A stretch of 64,000 nt of DNA from Balneolales bacterium. Its GTDB lineage: Bacteria > Bacteroidota > Rhodothermia > Balneolales > HLUCCA01. The DNA is taken from the NCBI GenBank assembly GCA_041749075.1, contig JBGTBY010000035.1, positions 278,104-342,103 of the forward strand. The letters run 5' to 3'. The position numbers and the translations under genes are program-made. Of this stretch, positions 1-9,072 are shown piece by piece (the first letter of the stretch is position 1; every line of letters starts with the position of its first letter). Under the pieces are notes generated by a model. That model saw only the letters and a program-made list of their open reading frames with translations. It was not told where the DNA came from and searched no databases.

Positions 1-1
1 T

Positions 2-979
2 ATGGAGAACAAAACCGACATCTGGATCAAGGGAGCCGGCCTTGCCGGACTCACCGCCGCTTGGTATTGTGCCCAAGCCGGACTCAAGGTTGTCGTCACC
101 GATACGTCGTCTGTCGGCTCCGGCGCTTCTGGAACCTGGTGGGGCTTGTTGAACCCCGCAACAGGGATCAAAGCACTACCCTCAAAAGGATTTCAAGCCG
201 CAGTCGAATCCTTCGAAAAAATGATGACAGACTTGAAAGTGGACTCCGCGTCATGGATCCGAAAAGGGATTGTGCGTCCGGCCATAGATAAGATGTTGGA
301 AACGAACTTCAAATCATCCTCCAAATTAAGCGAATGGCCCGCCGGATGGGTGAAATGGTCCGATTCCATACACGGACTTGCCGGTGAAGGCGCCCTGCAT
401 GTCAATTGTGGTTATGCGATCGATACCCGCTTATGGATGACGACCATCGCCGACCATCTACGCAGTAAAGGTGTCGATATTCGTGAGGATGTGCCTCCTC
501 ATCATACTGTAGCGTCACGATTCGTCTTGCATGCGACAGGTGCCGATATTCTGACCGACCCGATGTGGGCTCATCTGCGCATCCATCCCATCAAAGGGCA
601 GCTACGCGAGATAGATGTGGATGGGATCCGAAACGACCACCCTCCATTGAGTGCTCGTGGTTATGCGGTTCAAGTGGATGCACGGCATTGGGTCATTGGA
701 AGTACCTATGAGCATGAATTCAAGGATATCGATCCGGATCCGCTCTTTGATTCGTATCTCATCGACCGGTTCAAAGCGATGTTTCCGCAGCCACTGGATA
801 TAAAAGTCATCGCGAGATGGAGTGGTATCAGAGTAGGCAGTTACAACAGAGCTCCGGTATTCGAAACACATCCTACCGAAAAACAACACTTGGTATTGAC
901 CGCATTGGGGAGCAAGGGATTGCTCTACAGCCAAGTGTTGGGGAAACAGGTCGCAGAACACGTCCTGAATTCCAACTGA
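2..979 (+). CDS. FAD-dependent oxidoreductase (DAO-like family)
   Basis: 325-aa ORF. N-terminal dinucleotide-binding fold IWIKGAGLAGLTAAWYCAQAGLKVVVTD (GxGxxG). Stop TGA at 977-979, just before tRNA-Ser. Confidence 0.75.
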   Translation: MENKTDIWIKGAGLAGLTAAWYCAQAGLKVVVTDTSSVGSGASGTWWGLLNPATGIKALPSKGFQAAVESFEKMMTDLKVDSASWIRKGIVRPAIDKMLETNFKSSSKLSEWPAGWVKWSDSIHGLAGEGALHVNCGYAIDTRLWMTTIADHLRSKGVDIREDVPPHHTVASRFVLHATGADILTDPMWAHLRIHPIKGQLREIDVDGIRNDHPPLSARGYAVQVDARHWVIGSTYEHEFKDIDPDPLFDSYLIDRFKAMFPQPLDIKVIARWSGIRVGSYNRAPVFETHPTEKQHLVLTALGSKGLLYSQVLGKQVAEHVLNSN

Positions 980-985
980 CCACTG

Positions 986-1073
986 CGGAGAGAGAGGGAT
1001 TCGAACCCTCGGAACCCTTTTGGGGTTCACACGCTTTCCAGGCGAGCCCATTCGACCACTCTGGCATCTCTCC
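986..1073 (-). tRNA. tRNA-Ser (anticodon GGA), long variable arm
   Basis: The reverse complement reads GGAGAGA..CU-GGA-AA..GGTTCGAATCCCTCTCTCTCCG. The 7-bp acceptor stem GGAGAGA/TCTCTCC pairs perfectly, a T-arm GGTTCGAATCC is present, and the long extra arm is typical of a class II tRNA. No encoded CCA. Confidence 0.9.
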
Positions 1074-1091
1074 AAGCCTTAAATATACGAT

Positions 1092-1838
1092 TTATTTCAG
1101 CTCGTTTACAGACGCGAGGCGATCAAATTCTGATTTCATCTGCATAAATACGGTTTCCCGGAAGGCATCGAGCGTCTCGAACTCATTGGGATGGACCGAA
1201 TGCAAAATGGAAACACGAATGGATCCTTTTGAGTGGAATTTCCATGTGCCAGGCGGGAGCATCTGATGGGTTCCGTGGATGACGATGGGTTGGATGGCGG
1301 CTTGCGAATCCCGACTCAGCAAAAACGCGCCGTTCTTGAAGGCGGTCATCTGCCCGGTCACGGAACGTGTTCCTTCGGGAAAGATCATGACCGGAACCGC
1401 ATCCTTTATGTAAGGTTTGAGGCGATCCAAAGCGAGAGCTGCACCTGTGGTTCCACGCTTGATGCCGACATGTCCGCCAAGTGTCATCATAATTCCGACA
1501 CCTGGAATCTTGAACATCCCGTCTTTGGAGAGCCATTTCATGTTCCAGGGCATACCGGCCAAAACCGTCATATCCATGAAACTCTGATGATTGGCGACAT
1601 AGATTCGAGGTTGCTTCAAATCCACATGCTCCAATCCTTCAATGGTCATTTTCAGAAACGGATGGTATTTCGGAAGCAACATCCCTCCCAACATGAAAAA
1701 CCAATTCATGGTTTTCCGATGCTTATCGAACGGGAGCAGTGGAATGGAGACGACCAGCCCAATCAAGAAAATCACGACAAATACCGCCGTGTAGGTGACC
1801 CACATATAGACACTCAATATGGGGGCTGGTTTGATCAT
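1092..1838 (-). CDS. plsC: 1-acyl-sn-glycerol-3-phosphate acyltransferase
   Basis: 248 aa. N-terminal TM segment, HX4D acyltransferase motif NHQSFMDM and the FPEGTRS block. 4-nt overlap with murQ upstream. Confidence 0.85.
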   Translation of the reverse strand: MIKPAPILSVYMWVTYTAVFVVIFLIGLVVSIPLLPFDKHRKTMNWFFMLGGMLLPKYHPFLKMTIEGLEHVDLKQPRIYVANHQSFMDMTVLAGMPWNMKWLSKDGMFKIPGVGIMMTLGGHVGIKRGTTGAALALDRLKPYIKDAVPVMIFPEGTRSVTGQMTAFKNGAFLLSRDSQAAIQPIVIHGTHQMLPPGTWKFHSKGSIRVSILHSVHPNEFETLDAFRETVFMQMKSEFDRLASVNELK

Positions 1839-2770
1839 GCTTTTCCGATGGATTTCAGTGCGGCGCGGATAAAGCCGTTATGTTCATTCAACAAAGACTG
1901 GGAACCGGCTTTATCCAATCCGGATAATCCCATGACAATCGCCGTTTTCACATGGCCATTTGCCTCGTCAAGCAGTAACGCGCAGCGCTCATACTCGAAA
2001 TGGGTGAACATCATGATGATGCGTCGTGCCCGTTCCACCAATTTGAGGTTGGTCAATTTCAGATCCACCATCACATTCTCATAAATCTTGCCAGACCGAA
2101 TCATCGCCCCGGTCGTGATCATATTGCAGACCATTTTCTGTGCGGTGGCCGATTTCATGCGGGTGGAGCCCATGATCACTTCCTGTCCGACGGGCACATC
2201 AATCATGATATCGATGCTTCCTTCGTGCTTCACACGCTGTTCTGTGACACAACAAACCATGACCGTGCCCGCTCTGACGGATTTCGCATAACGCAGGGCA
2301 CCAAGCACATAAGGGGTTCGTCCGGATGCAGCGAGGCCGCAAACGACATCTTTCGCGGAGACATGGACAGCTTTCATGTCCGCCATCCCACCTTCCACAC
2401 TGTCTTCCGCGCCTTCCTGTGCCACGAACATGGCCGCTTCACCACCAGCCATCAATCCTTGAACTTGCCAAGGTTCGGTTCCGAACGTCGGCGGACATTC
2501 GGCGGCATCGATCACACCCAAGCGTCCGGAAGTTCCAGCACCGACATACAATAATCGTCCACCATCCGCCAAAGCGGCCTGAACCCGATCTATGGCTTGA
2601 GCGATTTGAACAGACCGTTTCGCGACATAACCGGCCACTTGCTGATCTGCTTCATTGATCATCCGCACGATTTCAAGAGAATCGGCCAAATCGATGGCCA
2701 TCGTATCCGGATTGCGTTGCTCGGTTTCCAGCTTATTGAGTTCGTTGAACAGAGATTCGTTTCGATTCAT
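1835..2770 (-). CDS. murQ: N-acetylmuramic acid 6-phosphate etherase
   Basis: 311 aa. N-terminus LETEQRNPDT and SIS-domain block LLYVGAGTSGRLGVIDAAECPPTFG are typical of MurQ. 4-nt overlap with accC upstream. Confidence 0.9.
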   Translation of the reverse strand: MNRNESLFNELNKLETEQRNPDTMAIDLADSLEIVRMINEADQQVAGYVAKRSVQIAQAIDRVQAALADGGRLLYVGAGTSGRLGVIDAAECPPTFGTEPWQVQGLMAGGEAAMFVAQEGAEDSVEGGMADMKAVHVSAKDVVCGLAASGRTPYVLGALRYAKSVRAGTVMVCCVTEQRVKHEGSIDIMIDVPVGQEVIMGSTRMKSATAQKMVCNMITTGAMIRSGKIYENVMVDLKLTNLKLVERARRIIMMFTHFEYERCALLLDEANGHVKTAIVMGLSGLDKAGSQSLLNEHNGFIRAALKSIGKA

Positions 2771-4260
2771 GACATGCGGCGTTTAGTCCACCAACCGTTC
2801 TCCGTCGCAATGGACGCGACAGATGGCGTGTGTTTATGGGATGTGGACTGAGAAGATAAAGCCAAGGCTGCGGCTAGATGCACAGGTAGATCGCTTTTAT
2901 GTGTGATTTCCTTGGGATGCCAATACTGTTTGATGAAACCGGTATCGAACATGGCGGACCGAAACGCATGATGTGACATCACAAAGCGGCAGAACGGAAT
3001 CGTCGTATCGACCCCATGGACCATGTATTCGGACAAGGCGCGATCCATACGGTCGATCGCTTCGTCACGTGTCTTCGCCCAAACGACAAGCTTGGCCAAC
3101 AATGGGTCGTAGTAGACCGAGACTTCCTGACCTTGCTCCACTCCGTCGTCCACTCGAACCCCTGGTCCGGTTGGAACACGATAATGATGCAGGAAACCCG
3201 TGCTAGGTAAGAAATCCGATTCCGGGTCTTCGGCACAGATGCGGCACTCGACGGCATGACCATTGATATGCACATCTTCTTGCTTGATGGGAAGTTCTTT
3301 GCCCATGGCCACATCCAGCTGCAAACGCACAAGATCAAGCCCGGTGATGAGTTCGGTGACGGGATGTTCCACTTGGAGGCGGGTGTTCATCTCGAGGAAA
3401 TAGAAGTTCCGATGCTTGTCGACCAAAAATTCAATGGTGCCAGCGCCAACGTATCCGCACCCTTTTGCGGCCAAAATTGCGGCTTGGGCCATCTCAGAAC
3501 GCATGCTGTCGTCCAATATGGCACATGGCGCTTCTTCCACGACTTTTTGGTGCCGCCGTTGGATCGAACATTCGCGATCGAAGAGATGGATCACATTCCC
3601 ATGGGAATCGGCCATGATCTGAAATTCCACATGGCGCGGTTCTTCCAAAAATTTTTCCACATACACACGTCCGTCTCCAAATGCGCTTTTGGCTTCGGAT
3701 TGCGCGGAACGCACAGACTCATCAAAGGAGGATGGATCAAATACGAGGCGCATCCCCTTTCCGCCACCACCGGCAGCGGCTTTGATCAACACCGGATAAC
3801 CGATTTCTTTGGCCACTTCACGGGCCTCATCGATGGATTCAAGTGCGGATGTTGTTCCAGGCGGCAATGGCACTCCTGCCGCCGACATCAGCTCGCGCGC
3901 TTTTGTCTTATCTCCCATCTGGGTGATGGCACTTGCGGGCGGACCAATGAAAATGATGCCCTCATCCGCACATCGTTGCGCGAAAACGGCGTTTTCGCTG
4001 AGGAATCCATATCCTGGATGGATGGCGTCCGCACCTGTCGTACGGGCTGCGTCAAAAATCGCATCCATCACAAGATAACTTTTCGAGGATGGGGACTCTC
4101 CGATTCTGACAGATTCATCCGCATAAAGCGCATGCGGAGATGTGGCATCGGCATCAGAAAATACTGCAACTGTGGAAATGCCCATCTCCTTGCAGGTCCG
4201 CATCACACGGAGGGCGATTTCGCCTCTGTTGGCAACCAGTACTTTTGTGATCTTCCGCAT
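2767..4260 (-). CDS. accC: Biotin carboxylase (acetyl/acyl-CoA carboxylase subunit)
   Basis: 497 aa. KVLVANRGEIALRVMRTCKEMGI N-terminus, ATP-grasp glycine loop AAAGGGGKGMR, and the EMNTRLQVEHPVTE block. Confidence 0.9.
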   Translation of the reverse strand: MRKITKVLVANRGEIALRVMRTCKEMGISTVAVFSDADATSPHALYADESVRIGESPSSKSYLVMDAIFDAARTTGADAIHPGYGFLSENAVFAQRCADEGIIFIGPPASAITQMGDKTKARELMSAAGVPLPPGTTSALESIDEAREVAKEIGYPVLIKAAAGGGGKGMRLVFDPSSFDESVRSAQSEAKSAFGDGRVYVEKFLEEPRHVEFQIMADSHGNVIHLFDRECSIQRRHQKVVEEAPCAILDDSMRSEMAQAAILAAKGCGYVGAGTIEFLVDKHRNFYFLEMNTRLQVEHPVTELITGLDLVRLQLDVAMGKELPIKQEDVHINGHAVECRICAEDPESDFLPSTGFLHHYRVPTGPGVRVDDGVEQGQEVSVYYDPLLAKLVVWAKTRDEAIDRMDRALSEYMVHGVDTTIPFCRFVMSHHAFRSAMFDTGFIKQYWHPKEITHKSDLPVHLAAALALSSQSTSHKHTPSVASIATENGWWTKRRMS

Positions 4261-4284
4261 ATCGGAAGATAAGACAAACTGCGT

Positions 4285-5286
4285 TTATCGCATGGTCATC
4301 CGCCACCAGGCTTTCGGCAGAATTTTCAGCTTTTGCGTGGTGGTCAGATACGCCCGATGTTCGTACACCTGATAGGTGTTCGATTCGATCACATCCAAAA
4401 TGCGGCTGTAATTTTCACGGGCGAGAATCACTGGAAGTCTGGAATCGGCTTTCAACATGGAAATTCCCTCGTCCGCCGACTCGTAATAGCGACGTGCTCT
4501 TGCGATTTGGAATTCCATCAACGCCTTGAAACGATCGTCGTTCACATGTTGGAACAGGTCGAGCTCGGTCAGTCCGAATCGATCCAGATCTTCTTGTGGA
4601 ATGTAGATGCGATTGCGGTTGAGATCCTCCCCGATATCGCGCAGGATGTTGGTCAATTGCATCGCAATACCCAAATCGATGGCATGGGTGATGGCACGGC
4701 GATCATCGTATCCGAAGACCTCGGATGTCATGAGTCCCACGACAGATGCCACTTTATAGGCATAGTCATACAATTCATCAAAGGTCTGATATCGATTCTT
4801 GACCAAATCCATGCACACGCCTTCCATCAATTCCATTGGATGACGGATGGGGATGTGAAACGTCTTCAGCGTATCGGAAAATGCCAAAAGAATGAGATTG
4901 TCGGAATGCTTCGTTTCATAAGCTTCTTCCAGTTTCATCTTGAAATCGGTGATTACCGCATCCAGATTGTGTCGTTCCACGCGGGAATTGGTGATGAGAT
5001 CTTCGGCTTCATCGATCAGATCGTCTACATATCGGCATAGGCCGTAAATCGCGAAAATACTCCGTTGTTTCTCCGTTGGCAGGAATCGTGTGGCCAAATA
5101 GAAGGTTTTCGCATGCTCACGCGTGATATGGCGACAATGGGCATAGGCGTTACGCAAATCGATATCGTCCAATTCGTCAATCACACGGGTGTGGATGGAC
5201 GTTTTCTCATACACCGGACGCAGCATTTGATAAGGCAAACGCAGCAGACTCGAAGAAGAGGAAGGTTGGGTGATCGGTTGGCTCAT
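4285..5286 (-). CDS. Phytoene/squalene synthase family protein
   Basis: HCRHITREHAKTFYLATRFLP, Asp-rich YVDDLIDE and a second block DIGEDLNRNRIYIPQEDL. The ORF track begins at a TTG (5319); I prefer the ATG at 5284-5286 (MSQPITQ...). Confidence 0.8.
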   Translation of the reverse strand: MSQPITQPSSSSSLLRLPYQMLRPVYEKTSIHTRVIDELDDIDLRNAYAHCRHITREHAKTFYLATRFLPTEKQRSIFAIYGLCRYVDDLIDEAEDLITNSRVERHNLDAVITDFKMKLEEAYETKHSDNLILLAFSDTLKTFHIPIRHPMELMEGVCMDLVKNRYQTFDELYDYAYKVASVVGLMTSEVFGYDDRRAITHAIDLGIAMQLTNILRDIGEDLNRNRIYIPQEDLDRFGLTELDLFQHVNDDRFKALMEFQIARARRYYESADEGISMLKADSRLPVILARENYSRILDVIESNTYQVYEHRAYLTTTQKLKILPKAWWRMTMR

Positions 5287-5308
5287 AAAAAATAGGCTTT
5301 TAGCACAT

Positions 5309-5327
5309 AATGCATTCAAAATGCATT
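5309..5327. promoter_or_regulatory. Twin palindromic octamers AATGCATT (5309-5316 and 5320-5327); candidate operator in a divergent promoter region
   Basis: Two identical self-complementary 8-mers spaced 11 bp start to start, lying between the phytoene-synthase-like gene (minus) and the LacI-type regulator (plus). Confidence 0.3.
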
Positions 5328-5404
5328 TCGTTCCGGCGTATATTGCGCCCTATTGTGCTATTCTGCCGCCTCAGATGAAAAGTACACAGAAAGAACCCCA
5401 TCCT

Positions 5405-6415
5405 ATGCCAAAAAAAATCACGATTTACGATGTAGCCAAACGAGCAGGTGTGGCCATTTCAACGGTTTCGCGGGTGCTGAACCAATCGCCATATGTGTCG
5501 GATGAGACCAAGGCGCGCGTCGATTCCGCTATCCGGGATTTGGAATTTTATCCGCAAGCGAACGCTAGGAAATTAGCTAAACGGGAGCCTCAGATCATTT
5601 CTGTGGCTGTACCCACGTTTACGACTCCGTTCTTCAATGAAGTGCTTAAAGGCGTCAAAGATGAAATCAAATCGATGGATTTGGATTTCATCATCTACAA
5701 TACCGGTTCAGACAACCCGGAAAAGCATTTCGAACAGTTTCTGGAGAAAGGCATTCCGGATGCGTTGATCATTTTTTCGATCGAAATCACGGATTTCATC
5801 CATCGCCGCATCAAAGATCTTCCGATTCCGGTGGTATTGGTCGGTGCCGACCACCCCGATTACGATTACATCCACTGGGATAACTACCGCGGCGGTTTTC
5901 TCGCGGCCGAACACCTGATAAAGCAAGGGTTTAAGAAAATCGGGATGATTCGTCCGCATACCATTTCCAAAATCTCCGATCTGCGTGAACGTGGATTCCG
6001 CGACGCCTTGCGCGAATATGGCATTCCGATGGATGAAGACTGCCTCGTGAGCGGCATCACCCGCAAGCACGCAGGATTCAGCGAAGAAGCCGGTCACGAA
6101 GCCATTCAAATCCTCAAACACCGCAACAAAATTCCCGAAGCGCTATTCTGCTCGAACGACGCCCAAGCCCTAGGAGCGATGTACGCTTTGAAAGAACTCG
6201 GATTACGTGTTCCTGAGGATGTGGCCATCATGGGTTACGACAATATCAAAATCGCCCGTTATCTGGAACTGACCACTATCGATCAGAAAATGTACCAAGT
6301 GGGCCGGCAAGCCATTCAGCGCATCGCCACGCTGTTTCAAAATCCAGAAGCCGAGCCGTTGAAAGACAAAGTGACCCCAGAACTCCTTATCCGCAAATCG
6401 ACGTCCCGTGGCTAA
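5405..6415 (+). CDS. LacI-family transcriptional regulator
   Basis: N-terminal HTH ITIYDVAKRAGVAISTVSRVLN followed by a periplasmic-binding-protein-like sugar-binding fold. ATG at 5405 preferred (an in-frame ATG at 5375 is also possible). The 3' end overlaps the purC start by 8 nt. Confidence 0.85.
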   Translation: MPKKITIYDVAKRAGVAISTVSRVLNQSPYVSDETKARVDSAIRDLEFYPQANARKLAKREPQIISVAVPTFTTPFFNEVLKGVKDEIKSMDLDFIIYNTGSDNPEKHFEQFLEKGIPDALIIFSIEITDFIHRRIKDLPIPVVLVGADHPDYDYIHWDNYRGGFLAAEHLIKQGFKKIGMIRPHTISKISDLRERGFRDALREYGIPMDEDCLVSGITRKHAGFSEEAGHEAIQILKHRNKIPEALFCSNDAQALGAMYALKELGLRVPEDVAIMGYDNIKIARYLELTTIDQKMYQVGRQAIQRIATLFQNPEAEPLKDKVTPELLIRKSTSRG

Positions 6416-7355
6416 CCCAATCGGCCGGACCGACGTGTCCGGTTTCGGAACCCCATACCGCGGGAAAGTCCGCGATGTTTATTTCCTCTCCGACGATCTT
6501 TTGGGAATCGTATCATCCGACCGGATTTCCGCGTTCGACCACATCCTTCCAGAGCTTATTCCTTATAAAGGACAGGTTCTTAATTCATTGGCGGCGTTCT
6601 ACTTCTCAAAGGTAGACGACATCATTGAAACACATGTGGTGGATGTCCCCCATCCGAACATCACGATCGCCAAACGTTGTGAAGGCGTTCCAATTGAAGT
6701 GGTGGTACGCGGGTACTTGACCGGACATGCCTGGAGAACCTACTCCTCCGGTAAACGGACATTATGCGGCATCACCATGCCAGATGGCTTGAAAGAAAAC
6801 CAAGCGTTTCCCCATCCGATCATCACGCCTTCAACCAAGGCCACAGAGGGACACGATGAAGACATCAGCGAATCCGAGATTTTGGAACGTGGCCTGGTAT
6901 CAAAAGAGTTTTGGGATGACATCAAGCAAAAAGCATTGGCCTTGTTTCAGCGCGGAACGGATATCGCTGCGGAGCGTGGATTGATCTTGGTCGACACCAA
7001 GTACGAATTCGGGCTCTATAAAGGCCGGTTGGTGCTGATGGATGAAGTTCATACCCCGGATTCATCCCGCTATTTCTTACTGGATGGATATGCGGATCGC
7101 CTTTCACGCAATGAAAAGCAGGCTCAACTATCCAAAGAATTCGTCCGCGAATGGCTGATGCAGAACGGATTCATGGGCAAAGAGGGACAAACAATCCCGC
7201 ATATGTCACCTGAGGTGGTCGATATGGTCTCGAATCGTTACATCGGGTTGTACGATCAACTCACCGGCACCTCCTTCCAACCCCTGTCAACCGACGGATT
7301 CGACGCGACGTGTGGCGACATTTTTCGCCAAGCGCTTATACATCGCCCTTCATAG
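6408..7355 (+). CDS. purC: Phosphoribosylaminoimidazole-succinocarboxamide (SAICAR) synthase
   Basis: 315 aa with a GTG start. Motifs YRGKVRDVY, SDRISAFD and LVDTKYEFG. Confidence 0.9.
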   Translation: MANPIGRTDVSGFGTPYRGKVRDVYFLSDDLLGIVSSDRISAFDHILPELIPYKGQVLNSLAAFYFSKVDDIIETHVVDVPHPNITIAKRCEGVPIEVVVRGYLTGHAWRTYSSGKRTLCGITMPDGLKENQAFPHPIITPSTKATEGHDEDISESEILERGLVSKEFWDDIKQKALALFQRGTDIAAERGLILVDTKYEFGLYKGRLVLMDEVHTPDSSRYFLLDGYADRLSRNEKQAQLSKEFVREWLMQNGFMGKEGQTIPHMSPEVVDMVSNRYIGLYDQLTGTSFQPLSTDGFDATCGDIFRQALIHRPS

Positions 7356-8031
7356 GCATCATCAAAATCTCTTCTGCGACGCTCTGAGGCGATAAGCGAA
7401 GCAAGGATTCCATCAGAATGGCCACATCGTCGGGATCGATGATCCGAGCTGGATCCATGTGCGACCCTTCCCACGAACTCGACCACGTGGGTCCGATGTT
7501 GACCAGCGACACGGCGATCCCCTCATGGCGAAGCTCCTTCCTTAAGCTGGCAGACCAGCCCCGCAGCGCATGTTTCGACGCCGCGTAAGCGCCTCCGCGC
7601 TCCAATCCTTCCACCGAGGCAATTGATCCGACCGACAGTATCTTTCCATTGCCATGATTACGAATATGAGCGATCAATGAATTCGTTAGGTTAAAGGCTG
7701 TGAACAGATTTTGATTCATCTGGTGAACCAATTCTTCCGCAGTTGTTTCCGTGAGATTCTTTCCAAGGTAACCGCCGGCATTGTTGATGAGCGCGATCGG
7801 GATCGGTTTGGAAAACGGCCAGACAATGGACGAAAGTGCAGCTGGATCGCTCAAATCCGCAGCGATGGCATGGGTTTCGCATCCGAGAGCGCGACACTCG
7901 TTGGCAGTTTCATCCAAAGACGATGCCGTTCTTGAAACCAATACGAGCTCATATCGACCGGTTTGGGCTAGATGAAGGGCGATGATGCGTCCGATCCCCT
8001 TTCCGGCACCGCTGATAACGACGTAGGTCAT
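7336..8031 (-). CDS. Short-chain dehydrogenase/reductase, possibly sepiapterin-reductase-like
   Basis: VVISGAGKGIGR cofactor loop, NNAG, and catalytic YAASKHALRG (YxxxK). Start ATG at 8029-8031 forms an ATGA overlap with the queE stop. The ORF-track N-terminal extension (to 8190) lies inside queE and is rejected. Confidence 0.8.
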   Translation of the reverse strand: MTYVVISGAGKGIGRIIALHLAQTGRYELVLVSRTASSLDETANECRALGCETHAIAADLSDPAALSSIVWPFSKPIPIALINNAGGYLGKNLTETTAEELVHQMNQNLFTAFNLTNSLIAHIRNHGNGKILSVGSIASVEGLERGGAYAASKHALRGWSASLRKELRHEGIAVSLVNIGPTWSSSWEGSHMDPARIIDPDDVAILMESLLRLSPQSVAEEILMMPMKGDV

Positions 8032-8642
8032 GGCACGTTCAGGTATTTGTGGGTTTGCAAGCTGATCGCCCATTGCGGATGGGATTTCACGTATTCCACG
8101 ATCAACGGCATGGCTCGGGGCGTGTCCCATTCCGGCTGCAACAGCAGCTTGGTGCCCTTGGGGCATTTCGCGGCATGCAATTCCGCCCACTGAAAATCTT
8201 TTGGCGTCAAAACCACCACTTTCAGCTCGTGAACGGAGCCATAAATACTCTCCACAGGCGGTTTAAAGCGTTTCGGTGACAACGTGACCCAATCGATCGA
8301 TCCACTCAAAGGTGAACTGCCTGACGTTTCCAAATGGACTTGCAAGCCATGAGACTTCAAATTTGACGTCAGAAGCTCCAAGTCATGCAAGAGTGGCTCT
8401 CCGCCCGTTATCACGACGATAGGCGATCCTGAGGCCAATACGAACGCGACAAGCGCATCCACACTCATTCTAGGATGCTTGGTTTCATCCCAACTGTCTT
8501 TCACGTCGCACCAGTGGCATCCCACATCACATCCGGCCAAGCGAATGAAATAGGCCGCGTGACCTGTATGCACACCTTCCCCTTGGATGGTGTAAAAATG
8601 CTCCATCACCGGATAATCAGACATCTTGGTCCGTGTATTCAA
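8028..8642 (-). CDS. queE: 7-carboxy-7-deazaguanine synthase (radical SAM)
   Basis: FYTIQGEGVHTGHAAYFIRLAGCDVGCHWCD (Cx3Cx2C cluster motif). An alternative ATG at 8624 (MSDYP...) is equally plausible. Overlaps the queD 3' end. Confidence 0.88.
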   Translation of the reverse strand: MNTRTKMSDYPVMEHFYTIQGEGVHTGHAAYFIRLAGCDVGCHWCDVKDSWDETKHPRMSVDALVAFVLASGSPIVVITGGEPLLHDLELLTSNLKSHGLQVHLETSGSSPLSGSIDWVTLSPKRFKPPVESIYGSVHELKVVVLTPKDFQWAELHAAKCPKGTKLLLQPEWDTPRAMPLIVEYVKSHPQWAISLQTHKYLNVP

Positions 8643-9006
8643 CCCAGGAATCCGGTGTTTCCCAGATGGTGACCGTAAGCTCGATACCTTCGGGGAGACG
8701 TTTTTTGGTCTCTTGATGGATGTATTCGGCGATTCGCTCCGCGGTGGTAGAAACCGGAACGATGTCGTTCAGATAGGCATGGTCCAATCCGCCTTTGGTG
8801 CTGTCATGGGAAGGCCATTTCAGCTCGCGGAAATCACAAACCATGTCGGGTGTCGGTAAGTACTTGGACGGATTTAGTTTATGGGATTTTGCCGACATGC
8901 GGACACGGTAGGTGTGCCCGTGTAGGCGGGCGCATTTTCCGTCGTAACCTTCAATGAGATGGGCAGAATCGAAACGAAATTCGGTATGCAGGGTCCAGGT
9001 TGGCAT
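8617..9006 (-). CDS. queD: 6-carboxy-5,6,7,8-tetrahydropterin synthase (PTPS fold)
   Basis: 129 aa. FRFDSAH and CARLHGHTYRV (CxxxHGH) motifs. Confidence 0.9.
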   Translation of the reverse strand: MPTWTLHTEFRFDSAHLIEGYDGKCARLHGHTYRVRMSAKSHKLNPSKYLPTPDMVCDFRELKWPSHDSTKGGLDHAYLNDIVPVSTTAERIAEYIHQETKKRLPEGIELTVTIWETPDSWVEYTDQDV

Positions 9007-9011
9007 GACAA

Positions 9012-9049
9012 ATAAAAAAAGGCCTCCCGGATGTGTTCCGGAAGGCCTT
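9012..9049 (-). terminator. Rho-independent terminator downstream of the thioredoxin-fold gene
   Basis: Minus-strand RNA reads AAGGCCUUCCGG-AACACAU-CCGGGAGGCCUU followed by a run of 7 U (A-run 9014-9020 on the plus strand). The U tract ends only about 7 nt before the queD ATG. Confidence 0.6.
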
Positions 9050-9072
9050 GAAAATACGAAGAATTCAGAGCA

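Noticed and set aside
3256-4272. 338-aa plus-strand ORF antisense to accC. Similar long antisense ORFs occur at 20331-21446 (in mfd), 37560-38597 (in the RNase E/G gene), 41985-42878 (in the S41 peptidase gene), 49027-50028 (in the 5'-nucleotidase gene), 58904-60010 (in the hybrid kinase gene) and 61358-62206.
   Set aside because: Each lies entirely inside a gene with strong family motifs on the other strand. Each has an His/Arg/Gly-skewed, motif-free composition typical of shadow ORFs, and none shows a recognisable domain.
9007-9072. preQ1 riboswitch upstream of queD.
   Set aside because: The hairpin lacks the A-rich 3' tail and conserved loop nucleotides of preQ1-I as I remember them. It looks like a plain GC-rich terminator. 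A covariance-model scan would be needed to be sure.
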